Assembly: GCA_964016885.1 (NCBI GenBank)
Contig: OZ024765.1
Coordinates: forward strand, 12,276,001-12,340,000
Length of the DNA stretch: 64,000 nucleotides
From: Eledone cirrhosa
Taxonomy: Eukaryota
Direction: 5' to 3'
Position 1 is the stretch's first letter. The number at the start of each line of letters is the position of its first letter. The translations under genes and the position numbers were made by a program. Of this stretch, positions 1-12,700 are shown piece by piece. Below the pieces are notes generated by a model. The model was not told the origin of the DNA and did not search any database. It saw only the letters and a list, made by a program, of their open reading frames with translations.

Positions 1-204
1 TTTAAATATAAAAACCTTAACCCTTTCCATACCATATTTCTACTTAAAGATACAGGCTGTGGATTTCAAATAATTTTGAAAATAATCAAGAAAATGGATA
101 GATTTAGTAATATAACTACCATATTTGTCGGTGTCGAAGGCGCTTCGTCATCGAGGACGCACCCTAATATTTACAACCAAAAATTAAAAAAAAAAAAAAT
201 TAAC

Positions 205-575
205 AACCTGTAGTATCTGCGAAAGATCCTGGGGATTAAATGGAGTGACCATGTAACAAACCAGGAAGTCAGGAACCACACCAACGAGCAGCTAGTCTCT
301 TCTGCCATCTGCAAGTGATGCCTGGGCTGGTTTGGGCACACTTTGAGACTTCCCCCGGAGAGACTGGCGAACCAAGTACTTAAATGGAACCCACAGGGAA
401 GCAGACGGAGAGGGCGACCCAAAATGAACTGGCGCCAGACAGTTGAGAGGGACCTGCGAGCGACAAACAGACAATGGCGGGACGCTGTGCAACTGGCTGC
501 TGACCGAACGCGATGGAACACTATGATTGCCTCATGCGTCGCAAGACGTGGGAGCTTCTGAGTCTGAGTCTGAGT
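205..575 (+). mobile_element. 5'-truncated RTE-clade LINE 3' end
   Basis: Translates as ...W(F)GHTLR...LKWNPQGSRRRGRPKMNWRQTVERDL...AADRTRW, a typical RTE ORF C-terminus. Ends in a (CTGAGT)3 tail at 558-575. Confidence 0.85.
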
Positions 576-890
576 ATCAGAGCTGTGATCTCTCAATTTG
601 GAGAAGTAGCGGCTCTACCTGGAGTGACTCTCTGATCTCCAAGCTACAGATCTGTCCAGTGATGCTTCCCTGAGACATTCTAACTACATGCCCATAGTAT
701 CAGAGCTGTGATCTCTCAATTCAGAGAAGTAGCAGCTCTACCTGGAGTGACTCTCTCATCTCCAAGCTACAAATATCTTCAGCAATTCATTCCAGAGACA
801 TTCTAACCATATGTCCATAATATCGGAGCTGTGTTCTCTCAATTTGAAGAAGTAGCGGCTCTACCTGGAGTGTCTCTCTGATTTCTGAGC
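575..890 (+). repeat. Tandem repeat, ~123-bp unit x ~2.6
   Basis: TATCRGAGCTGTG...CTCTACCTGGAGTG recurs at 575, 698 and 821. Confidence 0.85.
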
Positions 891-1131
891 TACACTACAC
901 ACTCTATCGATTAACGTTACTCCAAAGACCCTTTGGTGTAACGTTAGTATATGTTACAGGCCCAGCACTAATATAATCCATCACTGGCTTACACATCATT
1001 ATTTATGACATATTGAGCCCTATGTACAGAGGGTGTTGGTAATAGGTAGACCTTCTAACCACCAGTGGCACATAGGACTATACTACCTGAAACCTTTATG
1101 TCATTTTTTTTTTAAATTTAGCACTCCTTTA

Positions 1132-1176
<45 letters not shown>

Positions 1177-1295
1177 TTTGGGAGGGTCCTGTTGCAAATA
1201 AAAACACACGGACCTGTTGGTTTTCACTTCAATTTATTATAAGCTTCTGGTTGGTTGGTTGGTTGGTTCGATAACCAGAAGGTTGTTTATATATT

Positions 1296-1338
1296 GTCAA
1301 AGCTCTTTCGTCACACATTCTGTGACCTCCTCAGTGAC
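1296..1338 (-). ncRNA. Minimal type I hammerhead ribozyme motif (Penelope-like pLTR remnant)
   Basis: Minus strand reads GTCA-CTGAGGA-g-GTCACA-gaatg-TGTGAC-GAAA-GAGC-TT-TGAC. Stem I is GTCA/TGAC, stem II is GTCACA/TGTGAC, and AATAAA lies downstream. Confidence 0.7.
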
Positions 1339-1424
1339 TAGGTTTTTATTTATTTATTATTTTTTTTTTTTCAACACACGTTTTCAGATGAGAAATTTCA
1401 CAAAACAAATTCAAAAACGAAATA

Positions 1425-1693
1425 TGTCCTCTGAGGCATTTTTGCCCATCGCTGACTTTGACACCATTTAGATGTTTTAATGGCTGTTCTAATGATAAGT
1501 TTTCTCATGTTTATATGTACTCAATCAAATACACTCTTGCGTCATCTCGATCAAATGTTCTCTTTGATCGAGATGAAGCAAGAGTGTATTTGATTGAGTA
1601 CATATAAACATGAGAAAACTTATCATTAGAACAGCCATTAAAACATCTAAATGCTGTCAAAGTCAGCGATGGGCAAAAATGCCTCAGAGGACA
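1425..1693. repeat. Near-perfect palindrome, 131-bp arms with 7-nt loop
   Basis: 1425-1555 is the reverse complement of 1563-1693, with 2 mismatches seen. Loop is TGTTCTC. Confidence 0.95.
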
Positions 1694-2009
1694 GAGGCCA
1701 GTGGCCAGTGGTCAACAGAGAGATAAACCACAAGGTGGGTGGCAGGTAGATGGAATATAGAAAGCATTGAAAGAGGAGGAAGACAAGGAGAAGTGTGTTG
1801 GTGCACAGAAGTGACTAGAAAAAGGAAATAAAGCAAGGTGATGTACAAGACAAGTTTACACAAATACATCTTCACCCTCATCAGCTCTCAAACCACCAAA
1901 ATGGTTTCGCATGATTTAATTGAGAGTACCATTTTAAAATATTAGATCATGCAACAGAAAAAAAATCTTTCTGCTGGTATATGTGTGTGATAAACCAGTG
2001 CTTTTTGAT

Positions 2010-3280
2010 TTTCATTACCTTATTTCTAATGAAAGGCATTGCCTATGGTTTTCAATTAATTACGAAAATAATGAAGGTTTAGGAGAGATTTAGTAATATA
2101 ACTTTCTCATAAGCAGGTTGGTGTTTGGAATATAACACAGATATGTTCTTAGATAAAATTATGGAGGAAGGTTTTTAGATAAATATAAACATTTTAACCA
2201 TTTCATTACCTTATTTCTAATGAAAGGCAGTGTTTATGATTTTCAATTAATTTTTTTTTTTTGGGGGGGGGGATCAAGATGTTTGAAGGATTTATGAAAT
2301 AACTAACTTTCTTATGAGCAAGCTGGTCTTTGGAACATAACATAAAAGTTCATACATAAAATTATGATGGTAGGTGTTTAGATAAATATTTGTTTCTACT
2401 TTTGGCACAAGGCCATCAATTATCCCAGTGCATTACTGGTACTTTATTTTATCGACCTCGTAAGGATGAAAGGCAAAGTCAACCTCGGCGGGATTTGAAC
2501 TCAGATCGTAAAGGGACGTAACTATGCTGGAAAGCATGGTGTCTGACCCTCTACCGATACTGCCAATCCACCGTGTTTAGATAAATATTAACACTTTAAC
2601 TCATTCATTATCATATTACTAATGAAAGACTGTTTATTACAGAAATAATAAAGGTTTAGAAGAGATTTAGTAATATAACTTTCTCATGATGATGCTGGTG
2701 TTTGGAACATAAGAAAGGTTCTTACATAAATTATGGTGGAAGGTTTTAGATAAATATAAACATTTTAACACTTTCGTTACATTATTTCTAATGAAATACA
2801 CTGTTTAGAATTTTCAATAAATTTTCAAGATTTGGAAGAGATTTAGTGATATAACTTTCTCATAATCAAGTTGGTGTTTGGAACATATGTTGTAAGATAA
2901 AATTATGACGGAAGGTTTTTAGATAAATACAAATACTTTAAACCTTTCTTTATCGTATTTTAGTGAAAGACATTGCTTAGAGTTTTCAATTAATTTCAAG
3001 AATTTAGATGGATTTAGTTAAATAACCTTCTCATAATCAGGGTGGTATTTGGAACATAACACAGATATGTTCTAAGATAAAATTAAGATGCTAGGTTTTA
3101 GAAAAATATAAACACTTAAACCCATTTATTGTCATATTTCTAATGAAAGACATTACTTATGGTTTTCATTTAATTATGGAAAAAACAAATCAAGATTTTG
3201 GAGGTATTTAGCAATATAACTAAGTTTCTCATGATCAAGTTGGTGTTTGGAATATAACTTAACAAAGGTTCTTACATTAT
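2010..3280 (+). repeat. Old diverged tandem repeat (~170-190-bp unit), probably MITE-derived
   Basis: TATTTCTAATGAAAG...GATTTAGTAATATAACTTTCTCAT...GGTGTTTGGAAC recurs about 6 times. Related sequence occurs at 17-120 and ~19500-19600. Confidence 0.75.
2391..2572 (-). mobile_element. tRNA-derived SINE family B copy with 17-bp TSD
   Basis: Matches the other family B copies and is flanked by GTGTTTAGATAAATATT at 2374-2390 and 2573-2589. Confidence 0.9.
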
Positions 3281-3284
3281 ATGC

Positions 3285-3547
3285 AGTGTGGAAATACCTA
3301 AACAGACTAAGATCTGGTGTTGGACGTGCAAAAGTCACTCTTGCAAAATAGGGATATTTAAAGGATGGGGACTCTGGTATCAAGCCACAGACTACGCAGC
3401 ACCTCCTGATATACCCCCTGCTGGAACACCCCTACACAGCATTGGACTTGGCAGAGTTTAATGAGAAAGGCTTTGTAACTGACTCTCTTGTGGACACAAC
3501 AACAAGAAGAATCTCATTCATTCTTGTATATATATATTTATATAATG

Positions 3548-3599
<52 letters not shown>

Positions 3600-3860
3600 G
3601 AGTTTTGTGTATATATATAGTGTATATAGTTGTCGTGTCTCTCTGTTGTCTTGTTTGTCTGTTGGTTAGTGTGGTGCACATAGTGTATATATATATAGTG
3701 TGGTATATTATATATAGTGTATATATAGTGACTTTACTCTAAAGGGGGCACCTCCTGATATGCCCCCTGCTGGGGCACCCCTGCACAGCATTGGACTTGG
3801 CAGAGTTTAATGAGAAAGGACAGCAATGTGTTCAGCTGTAACAGAACCACATCTAGCCAA
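3285..3860 (+). mobile_element. Degenerate LINE C-terminal fragment (RTEX-like), partly duplicated around a TA tract
   Basis: WKYLNRLRSGVGRAKVTLAK*GY...QTTQHLLI resembles the W..LNRLR.G.GR...KWG motif that precedes the C-terminal CCHC. Segment ~3398-3470 is repeated at ~3748-3820. Confidence 0.6.
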
Positions 3861-4109
3861 GCTTTGTAGTGGTGGTGGTGGTGGTGATGGAGGTGTTAGT
3901 GGTGGTGGTGTTAGTGGTGGTGGTGTTAGTGGTGGTGGTGTTAGTGGTGGTGGTGTTAGTGGTGGTGGTGTTAGTGGTGGTGGTGTCAGTGGTGTTAGGT
4001 GAGACTGGTGAGTGTTGGACAATCAGATATTGAGATAATCCTATATATATATCTTCAGATTAACAAACCACTGGTTGACAATATATAATATAATACTGCA
4101 GAAAAACAT

Positions 4110-5672
<1,563 letters not shown>

Positions 5673-5979
5673 GCTATTAATTTAACAATGAAAATAATAA
5701 CAACAAAGTCAAGTTATTTTACCTATTTATATCATTGTTTTATGATTGTTTCGGAGGGTTGATGGTTGATCATATTGACATATTGTCTGATCTATAGCAG
5801 TTATATAACTGCATACTATCAGACTTCATATATAGTAATCAAATATCTGACTCTGTATCTAATGAATTAACTCAGCAGAACATGAAACCTTTCTATGGAT
5901 TTCACTGGATTACTCACTATCAGATTACATTGAGTTCTATCTATGGTATGGACCCTACCACCAAGGGCAGACCACATTG

Positions 5980-6082
<103 letters not shown>

Positions 6083-6384
6083 TCATCACCATCATCATCA
6101 CCGTTTTACGTCCGTTCTTCCACGCTAGCATGGGTTAGACGGGTTGTCCTGTTGTGGGCAGTGTCTGGTCGGCTGACCATGCCTTGCTCATACAGGAACT
6201 GATCTGGCTTGATTTCTACAGCTGGATGCCCTTCCTAACACCAACCTCATTTACAGTGAGTGCTGGGTGCTTTTTCGTGGCGCCTACACGTCCACTTTAC
6301 AGTGTGGGCTGGGTGCTTTTTTGCCGTGGCACCTCCACGACCACCTTGCGGTGGGGGGGGGGGGGGGCATATTGTTTATATGCT

Positions 6385-9300
6385 TCAGCATGTACCCATG
6401 GGAGGTCGGGTACCCTGTATTACTGCGTGACGCCAGAAGTCACGGTCGTGTGTCATTGACTTTGAGAGGTGTAGTTGGGTAAGGTCGGCTTTTATCACCT
6501 CATCCCAAGTCATCTTGGGTCTCCCCACTCCGCGGTTTCCATCAACTTCTAGTGCTCTGCACCTTTTTATGCAGCTGTCATCCTTCATACGCATCACATG
6601 TCCATACCAGCGTAACCGCCTCTCCTGCACGCAGCATTTGATTCCTCTTATGCTCAGTCTCTCTCTCAATTCATTTATGCTTTGTCGTTCACGTATATTA
6701 CTGTTACACATCCATCGGAGCATGCAGGCTTCGTTTCTCTCTAATCTACGTAAGTCTTCCACCTTCAGCGCCCAGGTCTCACTACCATGCAACATCGCTG
6801 TTCGGATACACGCATCATACAGTCTGCCTTTCATTCTGAGGGAGAAGCCTTTTGCAGCTAGCAGTGGTAGTAGTTCCCTAAACTTCTTCCATCCCGTTCT
6901 TACCCTAGTTATTGTACTTTCTGAGCACCCACCTCCGTTGCTAATTCGGTCACCTAGGTAGCAGAAGCTGTCTACTGTTTCTACAGGGCCCTCCCAGAGA
7001 TTGGTGGTACTTGTTTCCTGTGGCTGTTTGCTTGCTGTTTCAGCACAGCTGCTGCATGTGAATCCTACATTCTTAATTAAGCTTCCTGAGATCCCGCTAC
7101 ATCTCTTGTGTACCCATTGTTTGCATTTGGGGCAGAGAATGGAGTTCCTACCTACACCTTTCCTACATACTGAGCAAGGCCATTTCCCTGAGGGGATCTG
7201 GGTTCTGTTTTCTCGTCTACTTATAAGGACCTTAGTCTTTGTCATGTTGACTTTGAGGCCCTTTCTCTCTAGTCCCTGCTTCCAGGTTTGGAATTTATTC
7301 TCTAGTTCTACCATAGATTCAGCTATGAGTGCGAGGTCATCAGCATACAGGAGTTCCCATGGGCATCCGGTCTTAAACTCCTCCGTTATTGCCTGCAGGA
7401 CTATGATGAACAGGAGAGGGCTAAGAACAGAGCCCTGGTGGACCCCAACCTGTACGCTAAATTCCTCGCTATACTCATTGCCAATCCTAACTTTGCTGAC
7501 TGCTCCCCTATACATGGCTTGTACCGCTTTCACAAGCCATTCATCTACTCCTAGTTTTCTAAGAGCCCACCAGATTACTGCACGTGGAACTCTGTCAAAG
7601 GCTTTCTCAAGGTCGACAAATGCCAAGTAGAGTGGCTTACTTTTAGCTAGGTACTTTTCCTGTAATTGCCTCACAAGGAAGAGCGCATCAGTGGTGCCTT
7701 TCCCTGGAACAAACCCAAATTGCATCTCGTCTATATTCACCCGGTCCCTAATCAGCTGTGCTATAACTCTTTCTGTTACTTTCATGACCTGGTCCATCAA
7801 CTTTATACCTCTATAGTTTCCTCTATCTAGTGCATCGCCTTTACCTTTGTAGCAGTTGACAATGATGCTACTGCACCAATCTTTTGGTATGGCCCCCTCT
7901 AGTATTACCTGGTTAACGATACGTGTGGTTATAGTGTGACCTACAGACCCAGATGCCTTCAGCATCTCGGCAGCTATACCCGATGGACCGGTTGCCTTCC
8001 CTATCTTCATATCTCTGATTGCCTTACTTACTACGCTGCCGCTGACTTGTACTGCTGGTCCCTCTATAGGGTCTACGTGGGGTAGGGTCTCTTCTTCCCA
8101 TGCATTCTCCTCATTTAGTAATCTATCATAATGACTCTTCCATGCATCTTTCTTCTCAGCACTTGTGAGGGCAAGCTCACCTTTATCATTCCGGATACAC
8201 TTCTCTCCAATGACATCACAACTATCTCTGACACACTGCCTCGCAATCTTGAATACCTCCTGTTTCTGGTCCTCACGTTGTAAAACATGCTTGAATTTTC
8301 TATCCTCTGCTTCCCTCCTAGCTAAGTATACTTGTCGCCTAGCTTCCCTCTTGGTCTCTATGTAATGTACCCTGCTCCCCCCGTTCTTCCATTCTTTCCA
8401 TGCCTGTCTCTTGGCCTTGACTGCTTCATCTACCTTATTGTTCCACCACCAAGTCACTCTCCTCCTGCTTGAGGTCTTACTCCAGCCACAAACCTCATCC
8501 GTCGCCTCTAGTAAGTTATTTTTTAGGAACTCCCAGTTCTCTTCTACGTTAAATGTCTCTATCTGTTCTTCTTTACTGTCGTAGGCGTTGAGTAAAATAT
8601 CTTTAAATCTGTTACTGGTTGAGGGGACTTTCAGCTTCCAGATCTTTCTTCTCCAGGTTGGCCTCTGTTTCAGGGCTCGTCTAGTTCTGACCGTGAGGTC
8701 GCTGACAACTAAGCTATGTTGGGATGTACATTCCTCACTAGGGAAGGCTTTTGTGTTTACGACCGTCCATCTGTCACGTCCTCTGATGAGGATAAAATCT
8801 AACTGACTAGAGTGCTCCCCTGATCTATAGGTGATCAGGTGGTTGTCGGGTTTTTTAAAGTTTGTGTTACATATCGACATGTCATTGGCGTCGCAGAATT
8901 CTAGAAGTCTGAATCCTTCCTCATTCCTTGTGCCAACTCCATGGCCTCCATGTACTCTATTGAAGCCGTCGCAGTGTTTACCTACGTGTCCGTTAAAATC
9001 TCCTGCAATGATTAGGAAGTCCTTGTCGTCTGTTAGAGCAGTAGTGTGTATTAGGGACTCGTAAAACCTATCCTTAAGTTCGTCTGGCAGCCCCGATTGG
9101 GGTGCGTAAGCTGATATTATTGTGGTAATTGTCTTATTCAGGACTAGTCTGAGTTTAATGATTCTTGCATTTACCCTGTACACTGAGATTACTTTATCTA
9201 CCCACTTGTCAGCTAATAGTATACCTACACCACCCATCCCATCGTCATTTCCCACCCAGAAAAATTTGTAGCACTGGCCTTTTCCTACAAGGACTCTAGC

Positions 9301-9504
9301 AGACCCTCCTCTCCATCTAGTCTCTTGCACACAGCATACATCAACTTCCTTTCGCTCTAGCATTTCTACGATTTCTCCTGCTCTTCCTTTCATTGAGCCT
9401 ACATTGATGGTACCAACTCGGAGTTTTGGGCATTTGTCGACACTCGTAGGGGAGGGTCTCTGGGTTGGCGCTTCACGTGGGTGCTTGGTAGCTCGCAGAT
9501 TCAT
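6385..9504 (-). CDS. RTE LINE polyprotein (APE endonuclease, reverse transcriptase, PHD-type zinc finger), 1039 aa, intact
   Basis: APE motifs GTINV, QETRW, AYAPQ, GDFNGH, LDFIL, SQH. RT motifs NYRGI, QFGF, FVDLEKAFD, GVHQGSVLSPLLF, YADD (7336-7347), FCYLG. RTE C-terminus RLRWYGHV...GRPKMTW. No stops or frameshifts. Confidence 0.97.
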   Translation of the reverse strand: MNLRATKHPREAPTQRPSPTSVDKCPKLRVGTINVGSMKGRAGEIVEMLERKEVDVCCVQETRWRGGSARVLVGKGQCYKFFWVGNDDGMGGVGILLADKWVDKVISVYRVNARIIKLRLVLNKTITTIISAYAPQSGLPDELKDRFYESLIHTTALTDDKDFLIIAGDFNGHVGKHCDGFNRVHGGHGVGTRNEEGFRLLEFCDANDMSICNTNFKKPDNHLITYRSGEHSSQLDFILIRGRDRWTVVNTKAFPSEECTSQHSLVVSDLTVRTRRALKQRPTWRRKIWKLKVPSTSNRFKDILLNAYDSKEEQIETFNVEENWEFLKNNLLEATDEVCGWSKTSSRRRVTWWWNNKVDEAVKAKRQAWKEWKNGGSRVHYIETKREARRQVYLARREAEDRKFKHVLQREDQKQEVFKIARQCVRDSCDVIGEKCIRNDKGELALTSAEKKDAWKSHYDRLLNEENAWEEETLPHVDPIEGPAVQVSGSVVSKAIRDMKIGKATGPSGIAAEMLKASGSVGHTITTRIVNQVILEGAIPKDWCSSIIVNCYKGKGDALDRGNYRGIKLMDQVMKVTERVIAQLIRDRVNIDEMQFGFVPGKGTTDALFLVRQLQEKYLAKSKPLYLAFVDLEKAFDRVPRAVIWWALRKLGVDEWLVKAVQAMYRGAVSKVRIGNEYSEEFSVQVGVHQGSVLSPLLFIIVLQAITEEFKTGCPWELLYADDLALIAESMVELENKFQTWKQGLERKGLKVNMTKTKVLISRRENRTQIPSGKWPCSVCRKGVGRNSILCPKCKQWVHKRCSGISGSLIKNVGFTCSSCAETASKQPQETSTTNLWEGPVETVDSFCYLGDRISNGGGCSESTITRVRTGWKKFRELLPLLAAKGFSLRMKGRLYDACIRTAMLHGSETWALKVEDLRRLERNEACMLRWMCNSNIRERQSINELRERLSIRGIKCCVQERRLRWYGHVMRMKDDSCIKRCRALEVDGNRGVGRPKMTWDEVIKADLTQLHLSKSMTHDRDFWRHAVIQGTRPPMGTC
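7045..7176 (-). other. C4HC3 PHD-type zinc finger inserted in the RT domain
   Basis: CSVC...CPKC...WVHKRC...FTCSSC (aa ~777-820) lies between the KTKVL and VDSFCYLG RT motifs. Confidence 0.85.
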
Positions 9505-9748
9505 ATTTCATCTATTGATTCAGAGTTGCTCGTGTATTCCCAGCTCATCCATCCCTAACGGTGGGAAAATTGAGGGCTAGAAGGACAGTGGTGGTGGGGT
9601 AATGGCAGGGTGTGTTGGGATGCGCCAGAGGAGAAGAGAGTTAGTTAGGCAGGTAGTAGCAGCAGCAGCAGTGGAAATGGCATGCTAGGTTTGATTGGTC
9701 GAATAGACTATGGTGGTGTGTGGGGGTGGGGGGGAGGGAAATTGTGAG

Positions 9749-12700
9749 GTAGGAACTGAGGGTCGCATGGTAAATATCCAAGTTAATACTACATCAGTAA
9801 AATTAACAATAATAACGTCATGAAAAAAGCTACTAAGAGAAACCCTCGAAAATTTATCGCTAATACAGCAGGGAAAATTTAACGCTAATACAGCAGGGAA
9901 CATCATAATATTAACGACATGAAAAAGCTACTAAGAGAAACCCTCGAAAATTTATCGCTAATACAGCAGGGAAAATTTAACGCTAATACAGCAGGGAACA
10001 TCATAATATTAACGACAATATGTAGGCTAAAATACCTTCGTAGATTAGGTGGATGGCTGGCTGGGAAAATTGAATCAACTCTAGTGGTACATTTTAGCAG
10101 AGAAGAATGGCAAAGTGTCTTATCTCTTCAATATTTTCAGATTGAATGAATTAGGTTAAAGACAGGGTAGTAAGCCTTAAAGAAGTGCATAGAGAGGGGG
10201 GGGGGTAGGAACTGAGGGTCGCATGGTAAATAACTGAGAGAGATACAATAGGATTAGAATACCGCATGGTAAATATCCAAGTTAATAAGTTAATACTACA
10301 TCAGTAAAATTAACAATAATAACGTCATGAAAAAAGCTACTAAGAGAAACCCTCGAAAATTTATCGCTAATACAGCAGGGAAAATTTAACGCTAATACAG
10401 CAGGGAACATCATAATATTAACGACATGAAAAAGCTACTAAGAGAAACCCTCGAAAATTTATCGCTAATACAGCAGGGAAAATTTAACGCTAATACAGCA
10501 GGGAACATCATAATATTAACGACAATATGTAGGCTAAAATACCTTCGTAGATTAGGTGGATGGCTGGCTGGGAAAATTGAATCAACTCTAGTGGTACATT
10601 TTAGCAGAGAAGAATGGCAAAGTGTCTTATCTCTTCAATATTTTCAGATTGAATGAATTAGGTTAAAGACAGGGTAGTAAGCCTTAAAGAAGTGCATAGA
10701 GAGGGGGGGGGTAGGAACTGAGGGTCGCATGGTAAATAACTGAGAGAGATACAATAGGATTAGAATACCGCATGGTAAATATCCAAGTTAATAAGTTAAT
10801 ACTACATCAGTAAAATTAACAATAATAACGTCATGAAAAAAGCTACTAAGAGAAACCCTCGAAAATTTATCGCTAATACAGCAGGGAAAATTTAACGCTA
10901 ATACAGCAGGGAACATCATAATATTAACGACATGAAAAAGCTACTAAGAGAAACCCTCGAAAATTTATCGCTAATACAGCAGGGAAAATTTAACGCTAAT
11001 ACAGCAGGGAACATCATAATATTAACGACAATATGTAGGCTAAAATACCTTCGTAGATTAGGTGGATGGCTGGCTGGGAAAATTGAATCAACTCTAGTGG
11101 TACATTTTAGCAGAGAAGAATGGCAAAGTGTCTTATCTCTTCAATATTTTCAGATTGAATGAATTAGGTTAAAGACAGGGTAGTAAGCCTTAAAGAAGTG
11201 CATAGAGAGGGGGGGGTAGGAACTGAGGGTCGCATGGTAAATAACTGAGAGAGATACAATAGGATTAGAATACCGCATGGTAAATATCCAAGTTAATAAG
11301 TTAATACTACATCAGTAAAATTAACAATAATAACGTCATGAAAAAAGCTACTAAGAGAAACCCTCGAAAATTTATCGCTAATACAGCAGGGAAAATTTAA
11401 CGCTAATACAGCAGGGAACATCATAATATTAACGACATGAAAAAGCTACTAAGAGAAACCCTCGAAAATTTATCGCTAATACAGCAGGGAAAATTTAACG
11501 CTAATACAGCAGGGAACATCATAATATTAACGACAATATGTAGGCTAAAATACCTTCGTAGATTAGGTGGATGGCTGGCTGGGAAAATTGAATCAACTCT
11601 AGTGGTACATTTTAGCAGAGAAGAATGGCAAAGTGTCTTATCTCTTCAATATTTTCAGATTGAATGAATTAGGTTAAAGACAGGGTAGTAAGCCTTAAAG
11701 AAGTGCATAGAGAGGGGGGGGGGGGGGGTAGTAACTGAGGGTCGCATGGTAAATAACTGAGAGAGATACAATAGGATTAGAATACCGCATGGTAAATATC
11801 CAAGTTAATAAGTTAATACTACATCAGTAAAATTAACAATAATAACGTCATGAAAAAAGCTACTAAGAGAAACCCTCGAAAATTTATCGCTAATACAGCA
11901 GGGAAAATTTAACGCTAATACAGCAGGGAACATCATAATATTAACGACATGAAAAAGCTACTAAGAGAAACCCTCGAAAATTTATCGCTAATACAGCAGG
12001 GAAAATTTAACGCTAATACAGCAGGGAACATCATAATATTAACGACAATATGTAGGCTAAAATACCTTCGTAGATTAGGTGGATGGCTGGCTGGGAAAAT
12101 TGAATCAACTCTAGTGGTACATTTTAGCAGAGAAGAATGGCAAAGTGTCTTATCTCTTCAATATTTTCAGATTGAATGAATTAGGTTAAAGACAGGGTAG
12201 TAAGCCTTAAAGAAGTGCATAGAGAGGGGGGGGGGGGTAGGAACTGAGGGTCGCATGGTAAATAACTGAGAGAGATACAATAGGATTAGAATACCGCATG
12301 GTAAATATCCAAGTTAATAAGTTAATACTACATCAGTAAAATTAACAATAATAACGTCATGAAAAAAGCTACTAAGAGAAACCCTCGAAAATTTATCGCT
12401 AATACAGCAGGGAAAATTTAACGCTAATACAGCAGGGAACATCATAATATTAACGACATGAAAAAGCTACTAAGAGAAACCCTCGAAAATTTATCGCTAA
12501 TACAGCAGGGAAAATTTAACGCTAATACAGCAGGGAACATCATAATATTAACGACAATATGTAGGCTAAAATACCTTCGTAGATTAGGTGGATGGCTGGC
12601 TGGGAAAATTGAATCAACTCTAGTGGTACATTTTAGCAGAGAAGAATGGCAAAGTGTCTTATCTCTTCAATATTTTCAGATTGAATGAATTAGGTTAAAG

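Noticed and set aside
6515-9064. Plus-strand ORFs overlapping the LINE
   Set aside because: They are antisense shadows of the RT ORF with no independent support.
9505-9750. HDV-like ribozyme in the RTE 5' UTR, as known from some RTE elements
   Set aside because: No nested double pseudoknot could be identified by eye; a descriptor search is needed.
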